From NCBI RefSeq assembly GCF_001194135.2, contig NC_068986.1:95758706-95822705 (forward strand): a stretch of 64,000 bases of DNA, given 5' to 3'. The position numbers and the translations under genes were made by a program. Positions 50,466-63,632 of the stretch are shown here, piece after piece. Below the pieces are notes generated by a model, which saw only the letters and a program-made list of their open reading frames with translations, ran no database searches and was not told where the DNA came from. This DNA is from Octopus bimaculoides. Lineage: Eukaryota. The stretch's first letter is position 1, and every line of letters starts with the position of its first letter.

Positions 50466-51434
50466 CACATCCACATACTGGGTTTCTTTGAGTTTCTGTC
50501 TACCAGATCCACTCACAAGGCTCTAGTCAACCCAAGGCTATATAATAAAAGACACTTGCCTAAGCTATCATGCAGTGGAACTGAACCCAGAACCATGTAT
50601 TTCGAAGCAAGCTTCTTACCACACAGCCACACCACTTTTCTATCTCATTCTTTTCGAAAATGAATTCCACATCAATATATCTTGTTACTGTATTCATTGG
50701 ATGACATTAACTAAGCGCTCAGCAAATAGAGTTGAAATACTATAGTAAATGGGTACTCAACTACCTGACCTTAGGCTGTGAGTTCAAACCAGCTACAGGT
50801 ATTTTGTTAGGCTTCTGGGCAAAATACTTTGGCCCACATCACCTCTCCACTTATCTGCTGGAAGAATATGTAGCAAATAATCTGGAAACATCAATTGAGT
50901 TAGACCTTAATCTCATGAAGTCTTTAAGAGCTCTTTGGGAATTAGTTGATATTTACAAGTTTGCTCTTTCTGTTCACTGAATAAATACTAAAGGAGATGT
51001 TCTAAATTCTCTGGCTTGTATGTAGGGATGTAAAAAATAAGATAACTGAAGATGAATGGAAACAGCCTTAAATCTCTAAATTTGAAAGATATACAGAAAA
51101 AAATATCTGTGGATAACTAGTGACATCTTGTATATTGAATCACAAGGGGTTTAAACAGATATTTAAAATATATAGGAAAACATATTTCACTTTCTTGTGG
51201 AATGGTAATAATATCAACTGTTTCTAACATAAACTCAAGGTCAGAAATTTGTGGAGAGGGATTAGTCAATTACATTGACCCCCAGTACTTGATCAGTACT
51301 TTATCTTATTGATATTGAAGGGTTGAAAGGCAAAATTTATCTCAGCAATTTGAACTGTAAACATAAAGTGCCAGAAGAAATGCTGCATGGTATTTTATTT
51401 AATATTCTAATAGTTCTGCTATCCACTGCTCTTT

Positions 51435-51467
<33 letters not shown>

Positions 51468-51709
51468 AAATAATGTAATAATAATAATGATCCTTTCTTC
51501 TATGGGCACAGTTCCTGAAATTTGGGTGAGGAGCTGGTTGATTACATCGACCCCAATGCACAACTGGTACTTATTTTATTGATCCTGAAAGAATAAAAGG
51601 TAGATTTCCCCAGCAGAGTTTGAAGTCAGACAGATGAAATGCCACTAAGCATTTTGTCTCAATAAAAGATGGGATGGAACATGTTTACTTGTAGGTCTAC
51701 TTAACTAAT

Positions 51710-52099
51710 TTGTTATTGTTGTTGGCACTCTGTCGCTTACGACGTCAAGTGTTCCAGTTGATCCGATCAATGGAACAGCCTGCTCGTGAAATTAACGTGC
51801 AAGTGGCTGAGCACTCCACAGACACGTGTACCCTTAACGTAGTTCTCGGGGATATTCAGCGTGACACAGTGTGACAAGGCTGACCCTTTGAATTACAGGC
51901 ACAACAAAAACAGGAAGTAAGAGTGAGAGAAAGTTGTGGTGAAAGAATACAACAGGGTTCGCCACAATCCCCTGCCGGAGCCTCGTGGAACTTTAGGTGT
52001 TTTCGCTCAATAAACACTCACGACGCCTGGTCTGGGAATCAAAACTGCGATCCTATGACTGCGAGTCCGCTGCCCTAACCACTGGGCCATTGCGCCTCC
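51710..52099 (-). mobile_element. tRNA-derived SINE (family C), second copy
   Basis: Highly similar to 2235-2606; 11-bp TSD ACTTAACTAAT (51699-51709 / 52100-52110). Confidence 0.85.
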
Positions 52100-52466
52100 A
52101 CTTAACTAATACTTATCTAGTATTAACGAACTGTACAATTACTTGTGAGAGAGTCTCTACATGGCTGCTTGACTTGATAGAAATAAAAGCCACATTATAT
52201 ACTTTTATCTTAAATTTACCTACATTAGATAATGTAGTCCAACATACTCATTAAAAAGTAAGATGGTCACAGCTGGACTGCTTTTGATCATAGGTCTGAT
52301 GAATATCAGGGTTGACCTGGGGTGAAACAACAATGACACTACCAGCATCTACCTGACTGCTTCACCTTCTAGAAATAACAGCCTAATCTTTTTTTTAAAT
52401 TACACTCTAATGCTTAAAAGAAAGAAGAAACACATTAGATGATGTAGTCCTAGATATATTCTATAA

Positions 52467-52724
52467 CAGGGGTTTTCAAACTTTTTGACTTGCGGACCCC
52501 TTTATATTTTAGGCTTTACCTTAGGGACCCCCTTATAAATGCTTATGAAATTTATACATAAATATTTGCTTAAAATAACATATATTTTTACATTTATTTA
52601 TTTAACAGTATTTAACAAAATAGGTTTATTGTCAATTAAAAGATTTCGATTAAAAAACATATATAAAATCAAATTGCCCATAAAAAGTATTTGCTGTCCA
52701 CGGACCACAGTTTGAAAACCCCTG
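52467..52724. mobile_element. hAT-type MITE (258 bp)
   Basis: 16-bp perfect TIR CAGGGGTTTTCAAACT; 8-bp TSD TTCTATAA/TTGTATAA (1 mismatch). Confidence 0.88.
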
Positions 52725-55260
52725 TTGTATAAGACAAGTTGATCATGGCTGGGTTAAGGCTTATGTTGGACTACACACAACATAACAACAACCTGAAGTA
52801 AATATGTTTTGATACATCAGACATGTTTACACATGCTACACTGTTTGGTTACTATGCAGTATAGCGTTCCAGATATAATATTTATCTGGAGCATCATACA
52901 TAAGAGAAAACTGTGAGAAGTAGTGTGACCAAGATTCTCTTCATCCTTGGAGAGTTTAACAAACTCATTCAATAAGAAATTTGACCTTAGGAACAACTTC
53001 ACGTAAATGAGTGAGTGTTTATATAAGAAGTTTCATTTTATTTTTTGTTCAGTGAAATACAATTCATTATCAATTCATTTCTTTATTGTTGTAGTGCACA
53101 TGAGCACTATACACAATAATTTCATTATATTATAATATTTATTGTGTGTATCCTGGTTTTAAAATAAGTAACCATTTTTTGCATGCATAAGAGGTAACAG
53201 GAAGGGCATTGGGCCTTAAAACACTGCTTCAGAGAAACTATCATCATCATCGTTTAACGTCCGCTTTCCATGCTAGCATGGGTTGGACGATTTGACTGAG
53301 GACTGGTGAAACCGGATGGCAACACCAGGCTCCAGTCTGATTTGGCAGAGTTTCTACAGCTGGATGCCCTTCCTAACGCCAACCACTCAGAGAGTGTAGT
53401 GGGTGCTTTTACGTGTCACCCGCACGAAAACGGCCACGCTCGAAATGGTGTCTTTTATGTGCCACCCGCACAAGCCAGTCCAGGGGCACTGGCAACGATC
53501 TCGCTCGAAAATCCTACGGGAGCCAGTCAGGCGGTACTGGCAACGGCCACGCTCAATATCTAATTCACACATAATCATGATATCATTAATTTCTGTTTAT
53601 CATCATCATTGTCATCACCATCATTATCATTTTATGTCTACTTTCTGTACTGGCATGAGTTGGATGATTCAAAATGATCCAACAAATTGCAGGACTGCAT
53701 CGTGCTCCAGTTTTTTTTTAGTTTGGAGATAGTTTTTTACAGCTGAATGCCCTTCCTAATGCTAACCACTTTATGGTGTGTATTGGGTGCTGCTTTTTCC
53801 ATGCCACCAGTACTAGCAAGGTCATCTTGTTACTCAGAAGACAACCCCCGCCAACTCAAAGGAGAATAGGAGAGACAGAGAGTGATGACAAAGGGCAAAG
53901 TATGATGAGAGAAACAGATTTATGGACAAGAGAATTTGAAATTCATTTTATCACTTTCTTTTTTCTTTTTTTTTTATATTTTACAAATACATTAAATTCT
54001 TTGTCATCCCCAGTTTTAATAACAATTGTTATATTTCAAAACAAGAATGGTCTGGTGCTAAATAACAATGCATAACATACAAGGTAAGGATACAATAACC
54101 TCAATTAAAGTACTGGAGTACTGACCATATATAGTTATAATTTCAAATCTTTTTACTGTGTTGTGTTTCTGAATAAAGTTTCTAATTCTGTTTGCTCCAA
54201 TTTGTACTACTGAACCAAAGTAAGTGCCAATCCTTTTTCACATTTGAAGTGGGCTAGTTCTGGGGAGATCCGTACAGCTGCAAAAACAATTGCTCTAACA
54301 AATAATCCCGCTTATGTAAGCTAGGAAAATTGTATATTGTTGTTGATTAAGCAAACCTATGATGAGCGACATTCCAACCATGGTAATCCTGTCTTTTTAA
54401 AAGTTTCTAGAACTAAATCATCTAGTGTACCCTTTTTTCTTGAAAACTGGATGCTACTTCTAGCAGTTTGAGCAACTATGCAGAGACTCCCTTGGGAAAA
54501 TGCAAAACTAATAATAATAATAATCCTTTCTACTATAGGCACAACACTTGAAATTTTTTTTGGAGGAGCGATAGTCAATTACATAGATCCCCAGTGCATA
54601 ACTGGTACTTATTTAATCAACCCCGAAAGGATGAAAGACAAAATCAACCTCAGTAGAATTTGAACTCAGAACATAAAAAGAGATGAAATGCTATTAAGCA
54701 TTTTACCTAGCATGCTAATGATTCTGCCTGGTCTTCACCATAGCAGCAGCAGCAGTAGCAGTAGTAGTAGTAGTAGTAGTAGTAATAGTAGTAGTTGTAG
54801 GGATTTGTCCTATTGGCAAGGGTCATAGATTGCTAGAAGCAGACATAGTTTGCTGAACTAAACTTAAGACCTGTCTATGTGGTCACTCAACCTGCTAGAA
54901 ATAGCAGTCAGATCTTAAATCATTCTCCAAAATCTTAAATACAAGAAGATACATTAGAAAATGTCATGCTAGATACCCCTAAAAAAAAACAGGATCATCC
55001 AGTCAAAATGCCATATTTCTATCTTTTAGTCAGGCGGGGAGGTAGTGCCTGTGACCCTTCACAGAGCTTCTGAGATTAGCAGGTGGAAGAGGAGAAAGTA
55101 TCCTCAAATCGAAGCCCTGACCTAAATGCTTGCAATGTAGTGGACTAAGGGCACCCAATGTACAAGGTGATGGTTTTAAACCAGGTGACAGATTAACTCT
55201 ACCACCCAAGTGCCCATTGCAGGATTTGAATTCAGAATACAAAGAGCCAGAACAAATATT

Positions 55261-56123
55261 GGATCTTTTTGGTTTGACGGGCAACACTTGCTTTCTTAAC
55301 GAAACACTTTCAAACTTGGGATACTGGTAGAATGTGTCATATAAAACATCTTTTTCTCTTAGCCTTCTTAACAAAAATTACTTCTTAATAAGTTATTTCA
55401 TGTTAAAGTTGTCGTATTTCTGTAATTTCAACCAATCACTGACGTCTATTCAGCTGAATACAGTTACTGCTCTTTTTATAAACAATAATTTTTACCGGTG
55501 TTAAGAGTGTTATTCCCTGTTTAATTANNNNNNNNNNNNNNNNNNNNNNNNNNNNNNNNNNNNNNNNNNNNNNNNNNNNNNNNNNNNNNNNNNNNNNNNN
55601 NNNNNNNNNNNNNNNNNNNNNNNNNNNNNNNNNNNNNNNNNNNNNNNNNNNNNNNNNNNNNNNNNNNNNNNNNNNNNNNNNNNNNNNNNNNNNNNNNNNN
55701 NNNNNNNNNNNNNNNNNNNNNNNNNNNNNNNNNNNNNNNNNNNNNNNNNNNNNNNNNNNNNNNNNNNCGAACAATGTCATAAATAACAGTGACAAACGAA
55801 ATATATACCGCTGATAGTTGTTGTTGACAACGGATAGTTTTTGTTGACAAACAACGGCACTAATTTTATTCAAGGGAAAAGATCCCCTGACACCGTTGTT
55901 TACATTCCACGCCATTAATTGTTTTCACCTCAATAGACGTCAGTGATTGGTTGAAATTACCAAAATACGACAACTTTTTACATGAAATAACTTCGAATAC
56001 AAAATTTTTTATCTGTTCTATAATACAAAATATACAAGTATATGAAGTTTGAAAGTGTTTCGGTACCAAAAACACTACATAAAACATTAATGAAAAATGT
56101 TGCCCGTCAATCCAAAAAGATCC
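55261..56123. mobile_element. Long-TIR non-autonomous DNA transposon (Merlin/MULE-like), with gap
   Basis: Termini GGATCTTTTTGG / CCAAAAAGATCC; ~190-bp imperfect TIRs; perfect 8-bp TSD CAAATATT (55253-55260 / 56124-56131); inserted into a family B SINE. Confidence 0.8.
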
Positions 56124-57344
56124 CAAATATTACAAGGCATCTAATCCAATTATCTTATAGTTCTGTCAACCCACTACCATGGATTGGTAATTTTTTATCC
56201 CCCACCCTTCAAGAATAAATGGTAAAATTGACCTACGTCTGTTTGATGTTATCCAACAAGAACCCCAAATATATGAAAGACAAAGTCTGGATTTGAACAT
56301 GAGGCTCAGAGAGAGGAAGCTAGGCACTGATTCTGCTAATCCACTGCCCTATTATGATATTAATCTTAACTTTTTAATGTAAGAACAGTTAACAGAAGTT
56401 TTTTTAGGTGTTTTCACATAGTGACCCTGTTAGATTCCCTTTTATAGATAAGAGTGGAACACCAATGTGTTTAACATTCATACTATTGTTGCATCATTTA
56501 TTTATTCCAGTTGAACTTAACAGTGCAAGCCAATGAAACACTCATCTATTATGCAGTGCTCCTGCTACCTACAGCTGTCAACTAACATTTCCTCCCTCCC
56601 TCCATGTAACTTAGAATTAATAATGAATTAGTGAGCATTGCCAATGTTTTGCTCTTTGGGCTCAGTAAGGTGAGCCAATGAAACACTCATCAATTATGCA
56701 GTGCTCCAGCTGCCTACGTCCCCCACCATTCACCTTCATTTATAACATCATTTGGGGGGGGGGNNNNNNNNNNNNNNNNNNNTTGGGGGGGGGGGCTACC
56801 ATAACCCCTTCCACAATTCTACAAAGGAAATGGGATGTTTTGAACTCCTTCCTCTTTGTACTATTCTGGGTAGCACCTGATGGCACAGAACAATGTATGC
56901 TGTGCATACAGGTCGAAGATGGTGGCCGGGTGAAGCCAGTAAAACCTGTAGCAGACACCAAGTTCAATCCCCGCAAGTCAGCAGTGTGAGTGTGTAGACA
57001 TGATGTGTCTGCTGTTCATACTTCCTAGCTACTCCCTTTCTCCCACCTCTCCCTCCATCCACTTTTAACACAAACTCTACCACCAGCACCCTCTGGATGT
57101 TTGCCCTGTAAGGACACCCAATACTGAAAATATTTACATACAGGGGGGTTTTCCCCCCACCACCGCGTCCACCCCAGCACTTCTTATGATGGAGGTGGAG
57201 TGAGTCGTTTCCTTTCCTTCTCTCTTCCCTTTTCTATCTGTCTCTTTCTCTTTGCCACCCCCAGGATCTCTCTCTCTCTCTCTCTATTGCAGTCTCCCTC
57301 TTCTCCCTTCTCTCTCTTTCATATGTCTCATTCTGCCCCTCCCA

Positions 57345-57397
<53 letters not shown>

Positions 57398-59403
57398 AGT
57401 GTGTGTTTGTTATATTTCCGCCTCCCTTTGTCTCCATTTTTCTTTCTCTCTGTCTTTCTCTCTTCGTCTTTTTCTCCCATTCACACTCGGTTTATGTTAG
57501 CTTGTGTAAGTATGTATTTGTTCCTAAATGTATTTTATTTCTTTTTCTCTTCCCACCTCTCTCTCTCTGTTAAAACATGCATGTGTATCATGTATGAGTT
57601 TTTTTCTGTGTCTCATCTGTTTTGTCTGTATATCAATATTTTCTGTGTATTTGTGTGAATTCTACATCTCCTGCATGCTCCCTCTTTCCCCCCCCCCCAT
57701 AACTCTCAACGGCCCTTGCTAGTGCTCACTTATCCACCTCATTTCAACCCCTAAACCTAATCAGCCCTCCTATTCTGTGACAATTTTATTTCTAACCAAA
57801 TGACCAGTCAAGAGAAAGAGAGAGAGTGCGTGTGTGTGTGTGTGTCTGTGTCAGTACGTGTGTATGTGCACACAATATGGCTGAGAGAAAAGTACCTCTG
57901 GGGAGGATGTGTATGCTAAATAACACATATGGTAGTATTACATATGTAATATAGTGAGCGGAAGAAGTTCCATTGACATTCATAACATCACTACATTCCA
58001 TATATATATAGAGAGAGAGACAGAGAGATAGACAGACAGACATACAGACAGACAAACAGAGAGATAGACAGACAGACAGAGGTATGTCTTATGTGTATTG
58101 TTCATTTCTAATTCTTGCTAATGAAATTAGCAAGACTATCGTAAGTTTCTCAACTCAGTACATAACCTATATGAAACCAATATATTCCCCTCGACCATAC
58201 TGTTGATACTCATAATCCATGTGCTATACCTACAGGTATCAGTGATAATGGGCTGCCCGTTCCAAAGTCTAAAGATTCCTGGTTTTTCTTGAGAAGGATA
58301 CAGGAATTGTTTACTGTTTTCCTTTGCCTTCTGTTTGCTGACTGTTTACTCCACTAATCTATTGTTCTCCCTAACTTATCCTTGAGGCACAGGTCCTTAA
58401 CCCTTAGCAGGAGGCCCAGTTCATGTGATATCAGGGCTTCTCTGTATTTCAGTGAGTCTATGTAACACATGTCTTGGGGACCAACCTGCCTCTGAAACCT
58501 GTATTTGTTATCCATGGGACCATCTTCTGCTATTTGTCTTATAACTAATCTCCTTGATAGAGCCCTAGTTATAGGTTAGATAGTCGCCCTGGGGCAGAGC
58601 AGACCTGGAAATAGTAGTGACTAAGGATTAACTCCAGTGCTCCTAAGCTGGAGCCACACCATCAAATGCCATTTAATGTCTTTTCCAGGACAATTATATA
58701 CTGATCACCTCTAGGTTTTGCCAACTGAGTAGAATGTGCTATGCTGAGGAGTTATAATAATACTGAAACATGTTTGTTACTTTTATAATTGGGTTTAAAA
58801 ACAAAAGTTGCTCCCATCTGTATTGTCTTTACTTTCCAAAAATTTCAGTTAGTTAATTTTAGTAGAGCTACCCCATGCACTTGTTTTTACTTATTTATCT
58901 AAATATTAAACACCCTACTACTAAGAGTTTTTGTCTGTTGATTGTAAGTATAATATGAATTAATCAAAGTTTTCCAACTCACTGTATTACATATATCAGA
59001 TTCTACTGTGTGTGTGTGAGACAGTGATGTGTTTGTATGTCGGAGTGTGTTTGTGGTGTGATACATATTTAAGTATGTGTCTGTCTCTGACATATGGTAT
59101 GTTTTTATGTGTGGAAATGTTTGTATGTTTGTGTGGCAGTGGTGAAATTTTATGAACTGTGGGTGTGTGTATGTGTATATAAAAATCTTGTGTATAGAAT
59201 GTATGTATTTGTGATGTGATATTTATATGTCTATCTGGTTCTGATGCATGCTGTGCTTTTGTGTATTATAGATGTGTTTGTGATATAGCTGTATGGCATG
59301 TATTTATACACACACACAGTCATAAACATGCTCATATATATTTATACTGAACACACATCTGTACATACTGCATTCAGACACTGAGATATATACTCTCTCA
59401 CTC

Positions 59404-59482
<79 letters not shown>

Positions 59483-60798
59483 GAACTAGTGATAGATGAC
59501 TAAATGTCACAAGAATGTCATTTATAGATGAACACAGACAGATAAACACTTAAGTTGACATCTCCAGCCCACCCTCCTCTCAATTTACACCTCCATTGTC
59601 TCTTTTCACAACACCCCTCACCCATTACACACCTGTAAGAATGATTTCAGAACATTAACTCTTTGGCATCATTTCACACTTATCTCACCTACATGGGTGG
59701 GTAGAGTAAGTAGTAAGAAAGAGAAAGAGAGGAAGGGAAAGTATAAAAGAACTGGAGAAAAAGAGAGGCATGAGCATGAGGAAAGAAAAAGAGAGAGAGA
59801 TTGAGAGAAGATTAAAAGAGTCTCAAGATACAGTTAGATTGGTAGAGCAACTAGGATGTCTGTATGTTGTGTGCACATTATATATATATATATATATATA
59901 TCATCATCATCATCATCATCATCGTTTAACGTCCGCTTTCCATGCTAGCATGGGTTGGACGATTTGACTGAGGACTGGTGAAACCGGATGGCAACACCAG
60001 GCTCCAGTCTGATTTGGCAGAGTTTCTACAGCTGGATGCCCTTCCTAACGCCAACCACTCAGAGAGTGTAGTGGGTGCTTTTACGTGTCACCCGCACGAA
60101 AACGGCCACGCTCGAAATGGTGTCTTTTATGTGCCACCCGCACNNNNNNNNNNNNNNNNNNNNNNNNNNNNNNNNNNNNNNNNNNNNNNNNNNNNNNNNN
60201 NNNNNNNNNNNNNNNNNNNNNNNNNNNNNNNNNNNNNNNNNNNNNNNNNNNNNNNNNNNNNNNNNNNNNNNNNNNNNNNNNNNNNNNNNNNNNNNNNNNN
60301 NNNNNNNNNNNNNNNNNNNNNNNNNNNNNNNNNNNNNNNNNNNNNNNNNNNNNNNNNNNNNNNNNNNNNNNNNNNNNNNNNNNNNNNNNNNNNNNNNNNN
60401 NNNNNNNNNNNNNNNNNNNNNNNNNNNNNNNNNNNNNNNNNNNNNNNNNNNNNNNNNNNNNNNNNNNNNNNNNNNNNNNNNNNNNNNNNNNNNNNNNNNN
60501 NNNNNNNNNNNNNNNNNNNNNNNNNNNNNNNNNNNNNNNNNNNNNNNNNNNNNNNNNNNNNNNNNNNNNNNNNNNNNNNNNNNNNNNNNNNNNNNNNNNN
60601 NNNNNNNNNNNNNNNNNNNNNNNNNNNNNNNNNNNNNNNNNNNNNNNNNNNNNNNNNNNNNNNNNNNNNNNNNNNNNNNNNNNNNNNNNNNNNNNNNNNN
60701 NNNNNNNNNNNNNNNNNNNNNNNNNNNNNNNNNNNNNNNNNNNNNNNNNNNNNNNNNNNNNNNNNNNNNNNNNNNNNNNNNNNNNNNNNNNNNNNNNN

Positions 60799-60986
60799 GA
60801 ATGGACGTCAGTGATTGGTTGAAATTATAGAAATGCGACAACTTTAACATGGAATAACTTAGGGATTTCTTTGTTTTTTAAGAAGATTAAGAGAAAAAGA
60901 TGTTTTATATGACACATTCTACCAGTGTTCCAAGTTTCAAAGTGTTTCGTTAATGAAAAATGTGGCCCCCGTTTTAAAAAAGATCC
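60799..60986. mobile_element. Isolated TIR of the same long-TIR element
   Basis: Reverse complement of 55261-55450 and similar to 55932-56123; the rest is hidden in the N gap. Confidence 0.75.
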
Positions 60987-61087
60987 ATTATGTGTGTATG
61001 AACGCTGTGAGGCACGAACTTGAAAGTAGGGACGAAGTGAGTTCGCGTGTTTGCTCGGCGATAGCCAAGGAAGAAAAGGATTATTAG

Positions 61088-61465
61088 GTGCAGGCATGTC
61101 TGTGTGGTAAGAAGCTTGCTTCCCAACCACATGGTTCTGTGTTCAGTCCTTGGGCAAGTGTCTTCTGCTATAGCCTTGGGCCAACCAAAGCTTTGTGAGT
61201 GGATTTGGTAGATGGAAACTGAAAGAAGCCCATTGTGTTTATATGTGTGTGTGTATATATGTACGTATCTGTGTGTGTGTGTCTGTGTTTGTCCCCCCAA
61301 CCATCACTTGACAATCAATGTTGGTGTGTTTACATCTCTGTAACTTAGCGGTTCAGCAAAAGAGACCAATAGAATAAGTACTAGGCATGCAAACCAATTT
61401 CTTCAACTAAAACCCTTTAAGGCAGTGTTCCAGCAAGGCCACATTCAAATGACAGAAGCAAGTAA
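61088..61465 (+). mobile_element. tRNA-derived SINE (family D), representative copy
   Basis: GCAGGCATG.CTGTGTGGTAAGAAGCTTGCTTCCCAACCACATGGTTC head, CCTTGGGCAAGTGTCTT body, internal (TG)n. Other copies at ~4650-4810, 6765-6920, 7430-7540, 9820-9980, 31370-31530, 42740-43020, 45050-45210 and 49975-50630. Confidence 0.8.
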
Positions 61466-62008
61466 GAGAATATATATATAATCATCGTCATCATTATACT
61501 TCCATGTTCCATGCTAGCATGGGTTGAACAGTTTTACAGGATCCAGTGTATCCAAGGACTGCATTGAGCTCTGTTGTCTGCTTTGGCATGCTTTCTACAG
61601 CTGCAGGCCCCTCCTAATGCCCATCACTTCACTGAGTACTTTTTTCCTGCCGCCTACACTATTGCTGTTGCCATGCAGTTCACATGACTACAAACTGTGG
61701 GTTGGTGATGGTGGTCAGCTTCCTGCTAGGGGATAAGGGGATTACTATGAGAAGGGAGGGGCTAGAACAGGTTCTTGTAGAGGGATCTGCATGCCTACTC
61801 GCACCTAGTAGAAGAAAGGGGGTGGGGGACAGAAAGAGAAAATGTACTAATTCTTTCATACACGCACACGCACGTTGCACATCAACTGGAGCATGGTTGC
61901 TTTAATGCAGTGCTCAGCATGACTACAGTCCAGTGACTGAAACAAGTAAATTATAAAATATATATATATATATATGTGTGTGTGTATGTGTATGTATGTA
62001 TGCATGTG

Positions 62009-62055
<47 letters not shown>

Positions 62056-62303
62056 NNNNNNNNNNNNNNNNNNNNNNNNNNNNNNNNNNNNNNNNNNNNN
62101 NNNNNNNNNNNNNNNNNNNNNNNNNNNNNNNNNNNNNNNNNNNNNNNNNNNNNNNNNNNNNNNNNNNNNNNNNNNNNNNNNNNNNNNNNNNNNNNNNNNN
62201 NNNNNNNNNNNNNNNNNNNNNNNNNNNNNNNNNNNNNNNNNNNNNNNNNNNNNNNNNNNNNNNNNNNNNNNNNNNNNNNNNNNNNNNNNNNNNNNNNNNN
62301 NNN

Positions 62304-62351
<48 letters not shown>

Positions 62352-62650
62352 GCATGGTCGGTTACCAGAGTCATTAAGAAGTCAAAAGAATTTGTGGTGT
62401 TATTTGTTCTAACACTTTCATTCAAATCATGCACCAACGCCAGCTTTCAGAGTCAATACATATCGGTCAGTGCTTGTGCAGTCTTCTTTCTCTCCAGCTG
62501 TTACATCCTAAATGTTCCACTGAATCTAACAGGAAGAGGTCAAGAGATTGTCGCAATTTGCTTTAATCTGTATGTGAACTTGTCTGATGGTACTTCCAGT
62601 AATAAATTCTACATCAAAAGTACCATAAGGCTAGTTTACATATGGCTTAG

Positions 62651-63479
62651 CCCTTTCGGCCCAGCTGGTACACATTTGTACCAGTCAAAAATTTTACAAC
62701 CCAAATCTTTAAAATTCCCATTCTATGTGATGCAGTATAGTACCACACTGGTTTTTCTGGTAAGTATGTAGCACCTGGCATATGATTGGAGTGTATGACA
62801 CTATAATGACAGCTCAAAAGCTTGCGTGCGTTCAAACCCCCCACTATCACCGACTGCTTTTAAGTGTTTATTATTGGTTCTCATGCTTTGGTAAGTTATT
62901 CATAAGATTTTCTTCATTGTAAACATATTTACTTAATCATAAACATATTGTGCATACTTTATAAGCATTGGATAGTAATATTTTTGCAACAATGTTGCAA
63001 CACATATTTCTAAAAGTAAATAATTTTGACTGGTACACACCTGTACTGTTGTGGTTTTGTATAGGTACACACTTGTACCATTGTAATTTGTTGTATAGCT
63101 AAGATTGTACCAGTTGTGTTATAAAACTGTTCTATAGAGAAACGTCTATTTGTTGTGAATCAAGCATACATATACAATTTTCTCAATTAACTTTTGTATT
63201 ACTCCCTAATATTTGAAATTTTCATTTTTTTTTTTTTTGCAAGATTCACTGCGATATTTTGATACAACTGGTATGTACATGGTACTTCATCTAAATACAA
63301 TGGTACATGCATGGTAGATTAAAAAACCCAAATGGTACAAATATGTACCAGACTAAAAATAGTGTCTACATAATTGACACCATCATAAACCATCTAATAA
63401 ACATCAACACTATATAGTTTTCCAAAATTTTAGAGAAAATGCATGCAAATCTTGAGAAAAAAATTCCAGGTGGAAAAGG
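62651..63479. mobile_element. piggyBac-like non-autonomous element
   Basis: TTAG|CCCTTTCGG...GGAAAAGG|TTAA ends; four internal palindromic GGTACA-N4-TGTAC(C/T) motifs. Confidence 0.45.
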
Positions 63480-63632
63480 TTAAGGAACACCTTTATGCTA
63501 AAGGTTCACTCATCAAATAACACCTATGGAAATACCACACCCAAGACATCCAAGTTTCCATTGAAGCTACAGAAAGAAACATTGGTAACTTGAGAATAAA
63601 AGAAGCTATTTTAATTAACAAAGTTTTCTTTT

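Noticed and set aside
55030-55374. 114-aa minus ORF and overlapping 66-aa plus ORF
   Set aside because: Largely built from a SINE fragment and the TIR of the long-TIR transposon; no recognisable protein.
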